A stretch of 64,000 nucleotides of DNA from Blastocystis sp. Blastoise (Eukaryota > Protista > Bigyra: Opalinata), in the NCBI GenBank assembly GCA_039096225.1, contig JBBPEB010000002.1, positions 558,001 to 622,000 on the forward strand, given 5' to 3'. Positions 1 to 13,000 of this stretch are shown piece by piece (positions within the stretch are counted from its first letter, which is position 1; each line of letters begins with the position of its first letter). The notes under the pieces are model-generated. The model was not told the DNA's origin, did not search any database, and saw only the letters and a program-made list of their open reading frames with translations. The position numbers and the translations under genes were made by a program.

Positions 1-183
1 TAAGGCACTTCCTGATAAAGAACATAGTGGATTAAGAAATCATCAAAACGATGAAACTTAATAGACTATATTATATTTACTTATTTATGCAATATTATGT
101 TTGCCATTTAAGTTATAATTTTGTTAATATATATTTATTTTTTTGTTTTGTTTTAAAATTCATAATTATTTTATTAAACTAAA

Positions 184-1674
184 ATGATACAAAGTGCTCG
201 TTTAAATGTTTCAAATAAAGGATTAGTAGGCGTAAATCATCGTGCTACTGGTCATGAATATCGAAATTATATTGTTCCAGGATCTATTCCTGATGGAGAA
301 GAACGTTATCCAATTAATTATTCTATTGCTCCAAATTCATTATATGCTGTTAAGAAAATTGAAAGTAATATGGTCAATAGAGCAACATCCAATCCATTTT
401 TCTCCTATTTATCAGAAACCAGACAAGATATTATACAAAGTTCATTAGAAGAATCGGAAGAAACTGAACCAATAGATGAAGGATCTGGGTTATTACCTGA
501 TGGTAGAATTCCAAAGAATTTTACAAGAAAACTCATTTATGCTCATGATTATGTTTTACCTTATATGAAACAAAATCATATGTCTGACTATGCTAAATAT
601 TCAAGATTATTAAATCCTCGTACAATTGATAGTGCAATTGATTTTACTAAAAGAGATCGTGATGGTTATTTATATTCTAGAGGTGGTAATTTATTTTCTA
701 ATATTTATCACACTGTGAGTGATGTATATAATGTGTCTGATAAATTAACTGGAGGTATTAATAACATCACTCATGGAATAAGTAATGCTGTTGATTATGG
801 TGCAAATAAATTCAAAGATCTCAAGAATTGGTGGAGAGATATTAATGTTGATCCACAAGAAGGATTCAATGATATTAAAGGAAAACTTGTAAGTGATAGA
901 AACAATTTATATGATAATTGGAAATTAACTGATGATAATGAAGCTAAGAAAAATAATAAAATATTAGCTGATAACTATTTCAGATTTGCTCATATGTCAG
1001 GTAATGATACTAAAGAACAAAGACTTAACAAAAAGGTATCTTTAGATAATCAAGCAACAACATTTCATAAAAATTATATTCCATATGCAGAAAACCCAAC
1101 ATTTGTTAATAAAGTTGTTAATACTGCAACAAATGTATCAAAACCTGTGTATAATGGCGTTAAGAAAGTTGCAAACTCTATTGTTAGTGGTACAAAGAAC
1201 GCGTTTAATAGTTTTTCTAATTGGTGGTATGGTAAAAATCCAGAGGAAGAAATACCGCAAACAGAAAATCCAATAGAAACAAATAATAATGTTATATCAA
1301 CTCCTTCATCTACCCCTGATACTCTAACACAAGAAAATATTCATAATATTACTATAGAAGATTCAAATCCTCCAAATCTAATTCCTCTTATAAATGATCC
1401 TACTGTTCCTTTACCTGATACTGTTCCTATGTCTCAAGCAATCACGAATAATTTCACTCCAAATATTACACCTGTAGCCCCTATTCCTAATCCAGTAGAA
1501 AATGTCACTCTTGAAAATAATAATAAAAGAAACAAAGAAGAAGATGATGAATTTCAATCATTTGATGAAGATGATGGTGAGGTATTTTATGATCTCGAAG
1601 AAGGTAATGGATTACGTAGAAAAAGACGTATTTCAAAAAATAAAAAATTAAGAAATAAACGTAGAAAACATTAG
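184..1674 (+). CDS. PLV protein of unknown function, probable virion core protein (496 aa)
   Basis: Intronless ORF, paralog of 57968-59563. GxG motifs (GSGL, GNGL) and a basic C-terminal tail RRKRR...RNKRRKH. Confidence 0.85.
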   Translation: MIQSARLNVSNKGLVGVNHRATGHEYRNYIVPGSIPDGEERYPINYSIAPNSLYAVKKIESNMVNRATSNPFFSYLSETRQDIIQSSLEESEETEPIDEGSGLLPDGRIPKNFTRKLIYAHDYVLPYMKQNHMSDYAKYSRLLNPRTIDSAIDFTKRDRDGYLYSRGGNLFSNIYHTVSDVYNVSDKLTGGINNITHGISNAVDYGANKFKDLKNWWRDINVDPQEGFNDIKGKLVSDRNNLYDNWKLTDDNEAKKNNKILADNYFRFAHMSGNDTKEQRLNKKVSLDNQATTFHKNYIPYAENPTFVNKVVNTATNVSKPVYNGVKKVANSIVSGTKNAFNSFSNWWYGKNPEEEIPQTENPIETNNNVISTPSSTPDTLTQENIHNITIEDSNPPNLIPLINDPTVPLPDTVPMSQAITNNFTPNITPVAPIPNPVENVTLENNNKRNKEEDDEFQSFDEDDGEVFYDLEEGNGLRRKRRISKNKKLRNKRRKH

Positions 1675-1748
1675 TTAATATTAATTTGTTTTATTTATTA
1701 TTATTTTTAAAAACTAAACAATTTGTTTTGTTATTTATAAAAATTAAT

Positions 1749-1916
1749 TTAAAAATTAATATAATTCTTGATATAATCTTCATATTCATCTTCACTTTCA
1801 GTTTTAATAGTATCCACTTCAGAATCACTATCACTTAATTCATCAACTTCAAAGTTTCCATAAGGTTTCCAAGTACCTTGTTTATAATCTGGAGCAAATT
1901 GCTTTGGAGAATCCAT
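1749..1916 (-). CDS. Small acidic protein, 55 aa (MDSPKQFAPDYKQGTWKPYGNFEVDELSDSDSEVDTIKTESEDEYEDYIKNYINF), not in the ORF track
   Basis: ATG to TAA. Same length and frame as 57728-57895, with synonymous and mostly conservative substitutions. Confidence 0.75.
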   Translation of the reverse strand: MDSPKQFAPDYKQGTWKPYGNFEVDELSDSDSEVDTIKTESEDEYEDYIKNYINF

Positions 1917-1961
1917 AATATATAGTATAAAAATAGAAAAAATTCACAATACAATTTTATT

Positions 1962-1991
1962 GTTCTAGAATGTTCTAGAATGTTCTCGAAA
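1962..1991. promoter_or_regulatory. Heat-shock element: six alternating nGAAn/nTTCn pentamers
   Basis: gTTCtaGAAtgTTCtaGAAtgTTCtcGAAa, about 45 bp upstream of the ATG at 1916. Conserved at 57654-57683. Confidence 0.65.
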
Positions 1992-2593
1992 ATTTTTAGT
2001 TTTCCATATCGGTCGGTCATGTTTCCAAAAGTCTCTCGTTATAGTCGTGGTGGTGGGTACATCTTTTTACATGACCACACCACCACCAGCTTTTCTTTCA
2101 CCCACTATAAATACATACCTTGATCACTTTACTCTTTTTATATAAATTTTTTTATGATTATCATGACTTTTTATATTATTTATTGATCACTATACATACA
2201 TTTTTATTTTATATATTCCCGTGATTATTTTTATTATTTCTTTTTAGATAGAACCATCCATTTCATCTTTTCTCTATATAAAGGGAGGGTCGGGGTGTGT
2301 GTTTATTTAGCACATTCTGTGCTTCTTTTCGTATTTCTTTCTGTATTCCCGTTATTATTTTACTCACTTTACCAACGATGGAGCCATTTCCCATGAATAT
2401 TCCCTGTAAAGGGGAGGGTTGGACTGTGTATTTTATTTCTTTTATGATTACTATGAGTTTCTCCTTGATCACTTTACGTTTCACGTTGGAATCGGAACAC
2501 AAATAAATTAAAAATAAATAAACATGGGAAAAAATAAATACACACACACACTACCCTACACTCCCATGGTTATTTTACTTCAGAAATGTTATT

Positions 2594-2711
2594 AATTCTT
2601 CCGTCGAGAACAAAAAGGGGGGATGACTTCCCCGCTTATGGCTGCGCGCGTCGCGCAGACTCTATGCGGGGTTTGCATACCCCCTTCTGCAGTTCGAAGA
2701 ACGGAAGAATT
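2594..2711. other. GC-rich multi-hairpin terminal module of the PLV
   Basis: Closed by the inverted repeat AATTCTTCCGT/ACGGAAGAATT. Internal stems GGGGA/TCCCC, CTGCGCG/CGCGCAG and TATGC/GCATA. Confidence 0.7.
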
Positions 2712-3420
2712 TATAATAGGTGATAATCTAGGAGGTGTTATAATGAGAGAAGTAGAAGGAGATACTATTTGATTATTTGTATTAGAATTTGGTGTATTAT
2801 GTATAGATGGAGTATGATTATTATTGCTATTATTATCTGATAGAATATCATTATTGTGTTGATTATGTAAAGGAGTTATAGGATTATTTAATATAGTAGG
2901 TTGTGTATTATCATTTGTATCATTATTTTCAAAAACAAAAGTAGAATTAAAACTATCATCAACTATTGATTGAGACATATTTTCATTGTTGTTATTATTT
3001 ATGTCAGTTTCTATAAAATCTGTTTCATTAATTAATGTTTGAGCAATATTTTCATTATTTAAATTTGTATAATTATTTAAATTTGATTCAATAAAATTTG
3101 TTTCACTAATTAATGTGTCGATTGCATTATTAATAGATAAGTTTGTATAATTATTTTGAGTTGAAGTAACACTTGGAATTAGAGAAGAAGAAGATATAGT
3201 TTCTATATAGTTTTGTTGTATTTGATGTTGTTCACTTATTTGATATACATTATTTAATGAATTATTTGTATTGAATAATGAATTATCTTGATTTAAATCA
3301 TTTTGACTTTCGTCTAATATTTGATTATTTCTCTTTTTTGATTTGTGAGTATTCAAAAAATTTCCAAATATATCTCTTCTTTTAAGAGAATTAGATTGTT
3401 TTCGTTTTATCCCTATAGTA
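2712..3420 (-). pseudogene. Asn/Ser-rich low-complexity gene fragment, apparently truncated by the PLV end
   Basis: The 254-aa ORF reads from N-rich sequence straight into the PLV terminus (…SPIINSS|VLRTAEGG). Confidence 0.45.
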
Positions 3421-4108
3421 TTACATATAATTAGTTTATATAAGAATGTAATTAAATATGTATTATTATCTTAAAAATATATACATATTTAAATTATTAT
3501 CTTCATTATATTTATATAAAAAAATATTTAACCAAACAAAAAGTAAGTTTAAAAAGAAAAAAAAAGTAAATAACAATACAAATCTAACAAAATATAAAAT
3601 AACAAAACAAAGCTCTTAATAATAATCAAGAGGAGATAAAGGACAAATAGGTGAAGTAGGAGGTGAAACCTCTCTATCACTATAAGGAGGACTTGATAGA
3701 TCCTCTTCATCCTCTTCTTTATCATTTTTATTATTATTTGATAAAAGAACTATTATAATATTTTAATTTATATATATATTACATACCTGAGTGTTTTTCT
3801 TTATTACTGGATAATTCTTTAGTTTTATTTGCAAATAGAGTTGTATTATCTTTGAATATAAATCTATTAATAACTTCTGAGTCATCGTTACCTATTTATA
3901 TAAACTATTTCTATTAAAAATCATACTATCACAATTAACCGAGAATAGTTTACTCTCAAAGAATTGTTTTTCAATATTATTACTAAAATGACTATTTTCT
4001 AAATAAAAATATATTAAAAATAGTTAATATTAAAATGTACCTTCGCTTCCTTTATAATTTAAACAAAAGCAAGAAGAGTGAAATTCGAATATGTTCTCTA
4101 TTCTCTTG

Positions 4109-4205
4109 CACTATTAGGCATTTTGACGCTTTAAGAAAAATGATTGGATAAAAATGTGAATTTTGCCAATCATTTATTCTAAAAGGTCAAAAGTGCCTAA
4201 TAGTG
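4109..4205. mobile_element. CACTA (En/Spm)-type MITE, 97 bp
   Basis: Termini CACTATTAGGCA…TGCCTAATAGTG, nearly fully palindromic, with a 3-bp TTG duplication at 4106-4108 and 4206-4208. Confidence 0.85.
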
Positions 4206-4589
4206 TTGTACTCTATGTATATAAGAAAATATAAAACATTTAGTCGAATTGAAACAAACATAATACAAAAAATAATAGTAGCATAGCATCACTCTTAATG
4301 ATATGCTATTATGGAAAAGAAACAAAATATATAATAATAAGTTTCTAATCAATATCAAATAAATATTTATTTATATCGTTGATATATATTAAATTTTTCT
4401 AACTTTAGACTATACTGAATACTCAATATTATAAATAGATGAGATTCTTATTATATAGGTTAATATTTAATACATAACACAAAATAATAAATAAATAAAT
4501 GATATCAAGTATAACAAATTATTATATATTTAAAAACAGAAAAAAATTAAAAAACTCAAGTAAAACAAAAATAAAATTAAATAAAATAC

Positions 4590-4834
4590 TTTTACAATTT
4601 ATATTAAACATTGCAGATTCTTTCCTGCATTTTTCACACTTAGTGAGACAACATTCATCCTCTTCTTTACCTAATATATATATAGATATAATTGAATTTA
4701 GTACTATATACTTTTTACTAATGCAGTTTCATTTGAATTATTTCTATTTTTCATAGAACGAATTTCTAAATATATAATTATAAGTAATATTAATACATAC
4801 TTTGATTTAAATAATGTTTTGACCTTTTAGAATC

Positions 4835-4892
<58 letters not shown>

Positions 4893-5735
4893 TTGAACAG
4901 ATTTCAGTATCTGCTATATCGTCTATATTGTATATTAGTAAATAAAATGATTATATACTATTCATTATTGATAAATCAACATCTATATATATATATATGT
5001 ATTATAATATAATCATAATATATAAATATATAAGTAATATAATTTAGAATGATATGATATGTACCAACTGGATTTGAAAGAATAGAAGAAGCAACTATAT
5101 ATGTAATGATTATTATATATTACGGCATATATTATAATATTTGTACCAAAAATATATAATATAATAAAAAATCATACCATTTGGTATTGATTGAATAGAA
5201 GAAGTACCTAGATAAAAGAATTTTTATTTTATATTATATTTTAATACACATTATAATATAAAAACTATATATATAATATATATTTACTGTTTAATGAATT
5301 AGGGATCAATGAGGAGTCTATAAATAGAAAAAGAATAATATATATATAGCATATATAATATATATAATATGTATATGTACTATTCATAGAATTAGGTATC
5401 AATGAGGAGTCTATAAATAAATAATAAATTAGTATATATAGTATACATATAATATGTATATAAAATGTATAATTACTGTTTGTGGAATTAGGTATCGATG
5501 AGAAGTCTATATATAAATGAGATAAGATATTGCAGTATAATATTTAATAAATATTTTATAATATATAAAATATAATATTTTATATATACTATTTAATGAA
5601 GAAGCGCTCGATGAAGGGTCTATATATATAATAATATATACATTATAACGTAATATTAAATATATATATAAATTATATATATATGTACTATTAAGGAAAA
5701 AAGGTTATTTAAAGAACATATTTGTAGTAATGAAT

Positions 5736-5775
<40 letters not shown>

Positions 5776-6800
5776 TTTATAGAATATATTGTCGATAAAG
5801 AATCTATAAAAGAAAGATATCATTATATATTATAAAATAATATTTAAATAATATTTATAATATATATATACCTCCCAAAAAAAGAAGGAATATTTGAATA
5901 ATCTACATATATAAAATAATTATTACTCATAAGATATAATATATATAATATGTATATGTACTATTCATGGAATTCGGAATCGAACTGGAGTCTAAAGAAA
6001 TATAGAATAGTATATATAATATATATAGTATATATATAATATGTATATGTACTATTCATGGAATTCGGAATCGAACTGGAGTCTATAGAAATATAGAATA
6101 GTATATATAATATATATAGTATATATATAATATGTATATGTACTATTCATGGAATTCGGAATCGAACTGGAGTCTATAGAAATATAGAATAGTATATATA
6201 ATATATATAGTATATATATAATATGTATATGTACTATTCATGGAATTCGGAATCGAACTGGAGTCTATAGAAATATAGAATAGTATATATAATATATATA
6301 GTATATATATGTTTGATTAACATTATTCATATATAGATTCTTACTCAAATTATGTACAAAAATAATAATTTAATATTGTAATAATATTATATTTTAAAGA
6401 GTTGAAAACGAAAATCAAAAATAATATATATATTTAATTTAGAAAATATAAACTGTTTAAAAATTCAATTATCTTGTGTTAAAATAAAGAATTATATAAT
6501 AATAGAAAAAGAAATATTAATTTTTAATCAATTAAAAGATAAACCAATTATTAATAAAAATATATTATATTACTAAATATAATAATAATATAAATGTATA
6601 TCTACCTTCTTGATTGTATTGTGACAACAAAGACAATAACGGGTATTCCATATCTAAACTTGAGTCTAAATAATTTAAAAAATCTCAATAAAATTAATAA
6701 TATACCATCGTGACTATTATAATTTCTTTTGGATCTAGTCATCCTTTTTCGAGAAGCAACTCTATAACAGGAAATAAAATAAAAATGAGACCATTCCCAT
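4590..6800 (-). CDS. Multi-exon gene built largely of ~30-nt Ser/Pro-rich microexons (boundaries approximate)
   Basis: Repeated AG-exon-GT units on the minus strand encoding DSSSIPNSMN-like decapeptides. Confidence 0.5.
5935..6310. repeat. Tandem repeat, 91-bp unit x4 (30-nt exon plus 61-nt intron)
   Basis: Identical 30-nt cores at 5962, 6053, 6144 and 6235. Confidence 0.9.
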
Positions 6801-8442
6801 TATGACTTTTGTCTCAAGAATCTTCAAAATTCTGAATCTTCGAGATATTTTGAGATTTTTGAGATTTTTGAGATTTTATGGGACACAAAAAATGAACAGC
6901 CAATTATTATTCTTTTCATATTTTGACTTTTTTATTTGTGGTTCTAAAAGAATAAAATTTATAAAAATTATAAATAATTCTATTGGTTGATAAAATAAGC
7001 CAATTGTTTTATTTCTTTGTATTTTCTATTATTAAAAAAAATAATTAAAAACAGAAGTTTGTGTTTTGTTTATACTTTATATATTACCTTTCTATTTTTT
7101 ATATAAGCACAACAGTTTTTTTAATAAACATATAAATAAAATAAATATTCTTTTTTGACTATCAAATTTTCTATTCAAAACGATTCTGATCACAAATTGA
7201 CAAAAATATTTTTAATAGACTTTCAATAATGGCTTGAATACATATCAGTGACCATTTCACTTACAAAACTAACAACTGTTTAAAAAACTAAACATAACAA
7301 TGCAATTCATTCTTTTGTTGTTACTATTAATTTCAATTGTTTTAATTACAAACATGTTTAGAATACTTATCATTATTAGAAAAACTCTTTGGTGACATGT
7401 TTGTAAAACATATTACAAAGAATGGGTCAAAATATCAAATTTTTTTTATTTTTTAATTGAATTGAATATATATATTTAATATATACGTTATTTAAAAAAC
7501 ATTCAGTAAAAAAAATTTATTACTATTACTTTACAACTCAACAATTAGAAAAAAAAACATTTCAAGTTGACTATTTAAAATAATTTTTAAAACTAACTAT
7601 CAACAGTTTAACAAATTATTTTGGTTTTGATTAAAATCGTTTAGTTAAGAAAGACTTTTGAAAGACTTTACCATTTTGAAATGTTTTGCATCAGAATGAA
7701 ATCGTCTGTAATTTTGTCATTCAGTAATATTTGCTATACACAGTTACAAATAACAAAAATTGACTTGAATCTCTACTATGTAAAAATTAATTGTAAATAA
7801 ATTCACTCTTTAAAACAAAATATTGAAAAATAGGTTTAATTTCTTTATTTGTATTTCCTTTTAAAACTATGTTTTATCATTTTCAATTGAATTTAAAAAA
7901 CATAGAGTCAGAATGAAGACATATCTTCAAAATACAAAACTATTTTAAAACTAATTTTTAATTATAAATATCTATATAACAGTATCCAACTTACTTTTAC
8001 ACTTTATGTTTAGAATTAATAGTGATAAGTCACAATTATACTGTTTTCAACTTTTCAATATAAATATAACCAACACTTGTTTAAAGTCTTATGTTATACA
8101 TGTATTCAGTAATTGAATGCTAATTTGTCAAACAACTCATCAAAGTATCTTTACATCAGCCAATCTGTTTGTTAACTGTCTTTTAAAAAGCCAATATTTA
8201 TATATTATATGTCCAAAGTCTTAATGTATTTGTAAATAGTAGTTGTATAATTTAAAACATTCTCATTCAACTCAAAATTAAATAAAAAAACAAAAAACAA
8301 AAATAAAAAACTTTAAAAAAGACATAATATTTATTCATTTAATAACTCTGTCAATTTTTAATTAATTTAGAATTTTTTCATATACTTTTAATAAGAATAA
8401 CATAACATATACAAATTCTATTATATTTTATATATATATTAT

Positions 8443-9950
8443 AAAATGATGGTAGAAATAGACCTTAGTTGAAACAATAAAAACAAAATTTTTGAAGAAT
8501 ATCAAAATTTGTTTCTCATTTTTGACACCGAGATTCAACGATATTTTACATTTTAACTTCATATATATATATGTAATAGTATATTAACTACTCATATGAC
8601 TTTTAAAAAGTGTGTTAGAACGACTTATTTTGGTGCAAAGCCGCAATTAACTTTTTTTGACCTTTTTTAAAAAGTCTTTAAAGACAAAAAAAATCATAGT
8701 GTAACATATATCGCATCCTTACACCAAATATGAAGTCAAGAGTCGAAATTAAAGTGGTCGAAATCTGCCGATACACCAACTTTGTTGTCATAAATATGCA
8801 ATAATAACATATTTGTGTATAATATAGGTCACTGTATTCATAAATGTAGTCATAAATTGATTTTATGAGGGTCAACCAAACAGATATCGACTCATTCTTG
8901 TCTTGAAAGAAACATGATGGGTTCAATGAGTGGCGATTTTGTCTAAATATCAGATATTAAGTCCAAATATTTTTATTAAAAGTGAAATGATTTCGATATC
9001 TCTTCGACCTTTTTATTTTAAAAATTTATTCAAATAATTTATGAACATAAACACATAGGATAAACTCTGTAACGTTTAAAATTTAATAAAATAAAAAATG
9101 TTGGCAGAACACGCAATTGAAGTTTTTTATTAATTTTTCAACATGTCAAAAACAGGTTTTAATTTACTTTTAGGATGGTTTCATGAGTTACCATGATGAT
9201 CCAGATAGTTTTCATTAAAATTTAAAAGGTTCAAAAGAGAATGTGTCCGATATCTCAACACTCTGTGGATCAATTTTTTTCAAAGCTTCATATATTATCA
9301 TTATTTAGGTTATTTTATGTATATAGGTTAAAATTAAGTCTATTAAGTCACTTTGATAACTGATTACTGGTCTAAATTGTTTCTAATATTTTAAAAGTTG
9401 TTTTTATGTGTGGCGAAAAATGTTATAAATTATAAAATAAATTTATAAATAATAAATATAAAAAAATAAATAAAATATATAAAAAAAGAAATTAAAAAGA
9501 AATAAGAAATTTTAAAAATAAAAGATAAAAAAAATTGGATAAAAAAATTGCAAAATAAAGTTTTGCAAAAGAAAAAGAAATGTAATTGAAATTTTTTTGA
9601 AAAAATGAAGACAAAATGATTAGAAGTATAAACTATGACCATGTCAATAAATTTTTGGCGCGAAAATAGACAAAGATATTTGTGTTCTTTTTATCCAATT
9701 AGAATGAGTTTTCAAAAATTTTTAATCGATTTCATAGGACGGCCAACTTGCTAACGGTCGGCAAAACTTCTCGGACTATTTTGAGGCCTTGGATATGGAA
9801 TTTTTGAAAATTTAAAAAAACTAAAATAAAATTTGGAACATAATCTATAACATACTGAAAGGATATTATCATAGTCTTAACCATCATAGAATAAACGGTC
9901 CGTGAACTTGAGACACAAATGTCCAACTTCTATTGCCTTTATATATAAGA
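8443..9950 (-). mobile_element. Non-autonomous Helitron family A, 5' part
   Basis: Near-identical reverse complement of 48843-50350. Starts A|TCTTATATATAAAGGCAATAG. No 3' hairpin found. Confidence 0.8.
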
Positions 9951-10008
9951 TATTTATTATATTATATTTATTATTATTATTTATTATATTATATATTATA
10001 TATATCTA

Positions 10009-13000
10009 GGTGTTGAAGATATAAATATAGAAGTTCAAAGTATATACACTATTATATATGTATATATATATATAGATTTAATAAGAGTATTGATGAACAT
10101 ATTGAAATATATGTATTTATTTATTTTTATTAACTTTTAACTATTAGTTAATGTCTGTATTTTGTATTAATTCAATATATATCTAGTATTAAATAAAAGT
10201 TATATGAAAAATGTGAATATACTACTGATAATATAGAATAAAAAGAAGAAGAAAAGATTGATATAGTTTCCGATGATAAGAATAGTGTTCCATCAGTAGA
10301 ATCTACAATATCTCTAGTTACTCAAGATATTCAAGAAAAAAATGTACAATATCAGTGAAAGATCAAGAAGTAAGTGAATAAGTAGTATCACTACCAAGGT
10401 AGATATGAAAGAAGAAGAAATACAAATCAATATTAATGAGTCTATTTAAACAGAAATTCTATCTCTACTAAAGAAGAAGAAGAAGCGGATAAGAATACTA
10501 TGAATATTTCCTCTATTCCTGAAAAATCTAAAGAAGATAATAAAGAAACTAATTCTCTTCTGTTTCTACTGAATGTAAATATATTTCTACTAATTAATCG
10601 AAAATAATAATAATAATGATACAAACAATCTTGATACTGCTACTACTAATGATATTAAAACAGAAACTATATCTTCTTCTACTTTTTTTAATGTTAATAT
10701 AGGTATTGATACTCATAATCAAGTTGATATTACCACTATTTCTACTAATAATATTATTATTCTTCCCATTCCTAATAGTATTACCATTGATGTTCATTCT
10801 ATTCCATCTACTACTACTACTGATACTACTACTACTACTAATGCTAATATTAATGATAGTCATAATACTAAACATAGAGGAACATATACAAGAAGTATAT
10901 ATATTATAAATATATACATATATATATATATATATAATTAAATATATATATAGGAGGTAGAGGTTATAAGCCTTTAGTTCATCTAGAAGAAGAGGTATAT
11001 ATAAATATATGTATATATCTAGATAAATATATATAGATACTAAGAATGAGAATAGTGAATCAGTAGATAATACAAAAGGTATAATAATATTATATATCTT
11101 TATAAGAATATTACTATATATTATATATAGATTAATATCTACTGAGAATACAAGTCAAACCGAAACACAAGTAAAACCAAAATAATCAGTGAATACAAGA
11201 ATCAAAGGAACTCCTAAAAGTCAGAAACAAACTGATATTAATAATCCTGATGATGCTACTATTAATACTGATAATAATACAAAAGCTGCTGTTAATACTG
11301 CAATAATACTACTGTTACTACTGATAATATTATTAATACTACTACTACTGTTACTACTAATAATAATAAACATAAACCTTATTCTCATGGATCAAGAAGG
11401 ATTAAAAAGAACTGCAAAATGAAAACAAACAAACGCGTACCAAATTCTAATGATTCTATTAGTGACAAAGATAATACTGAAATAAGTAATAATAATAAAA
11501 AAGAACATAAGAAAAACTACCTTAAAATCAATCAGTACAAATAAATAATACTAGTATATATATATACATTATTATTATTATTCTCTTTTATTATATATAT
11601 AAATAGAATATTTGAAAGACGTAAGAGAGGTGATCCATCAACAAAATATATAAATGGTATATTTTTATTATTATTATAAATATATAAGTGAATATACAAC
11701 AATATATTGTCTCTTATATATAAAGAGTTTATTATAATAAATAATAAATATAACTATTATTATTCCTTATAGACAAGACTAAAAAGTCTTCAGAATCAGT
11801 AGAAACTACTTCTGTTATTCCTTCTATTACTACAGAAGATCCTAAGTCTGTCTTACATTCAAAATCTTCTACTATATCTAGTAATAGTAATAATAAACAA
11901 TTTAAAGCCAAAAAAATAGAAGAATTGTATCTGAATCAAATAGTGTTAATGATGATAATAACGTTGATAATGATAATACTACTATAAATAAGTGATAAGA
12001 ATTCAAAACAGTCTAATTCAGATACTATTCAAAAAGATCAGTATATATATATATATATAATAATAATATTTTTTTTTATGATTATTATTCCTTTCTTTTT
12101 TTCTATATTTTCTTTTTATATTATTATTCAGGTCTGTATTCTATTCATTATTTATTTTATATAGATAAAGTAAAAAATATAATATAATTTATTTATATAT
12201 TTCTATAGATCTTAAATCATAATAGAACAGTAGAAATATATTTTGGAGATGAAGAACAAACAGAGAGAGACGTTACTGGAATAGTATTCCCTGATGGTCA
12301 AATGACTTCTTCTCATATTAATTATCAACGAACTCGAGCTACTTATTATGATAATCAATATGATCATTATTTTGATAATCAGTATGATAATAGTATATAT
12401 TTATAATAATAATATTTATAATATTTATAATAATAATATAAGTATTATAAATAATATATAATAATACTATGTTATAGGGAGATAAGAAGACGATTCGATG
12501 AATACTTCTATGAATCCCTCTCAATCTCAGTCTTATTCTCGTTATGGCAAGAAAATTAAGACATAATAATAATTAACAAATTACCGTGAATAATGGAGAT
12601 AACAATCAGGAGAATATAAATATACATGATAATTCCAGTAATTATTCGATGAATACTAGAAATAATCATTCACATTATAATAGTCGTCATTCAAATCCAT
12701 CAAATTCATGGTAGTGAACATAATTATTATAGAAATACACATAATTATCGTAATAGTATTAATAATAGTATTAATAATAATAGTAATAATATGATTAATA
12801 ATAATAATACTACTACTACTTGTACTACTCTTTCTTCTGTATCTACTCCTGATATAATAATAATATGATGCTATATACTTCTATACCTATGTATCCTTCT
12901 ACTATTCCTATGAATAAACCAAATAATATGAGTAATAATTATATTTATTATGAAGATGAATATGATACAATATCCTTTACCTATAAATGGAATGTCTAGT

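Larger units (their letters stand above)
1..2711 (+). mobile_element. End of endogenous Polinton-like virus/Maverick-type element, copy 1 (continues left of the window)
   Basis: 184-2711 is the reverse-complement homolog of 56930-59563, which adjoins capsid and ATPase genes. Similarity stops after ...TTCGAAGAA(C/A)GGAAGAATT. Confidence 0.75.

Noticed and set aside
2263-2547. Duplicated 94-aa and 69-aa ORFs in the PLV terminal region (also 57099-57383)
   Set aside because: Non-ATG starts, overlapping antisense frames, and conservation explained by near-identical DNA.
4838-4891. (AT)n tracts (also about 5740, 25665, 25857)
   Set aside because: Ordinary intronic microsatellites.
5935-6310. 30-bp repeats with 61-bp spacers as a CRISPR
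   Set aside because: The spacers are identical and bounded by GT/AG on the minus strand, so they are introns.
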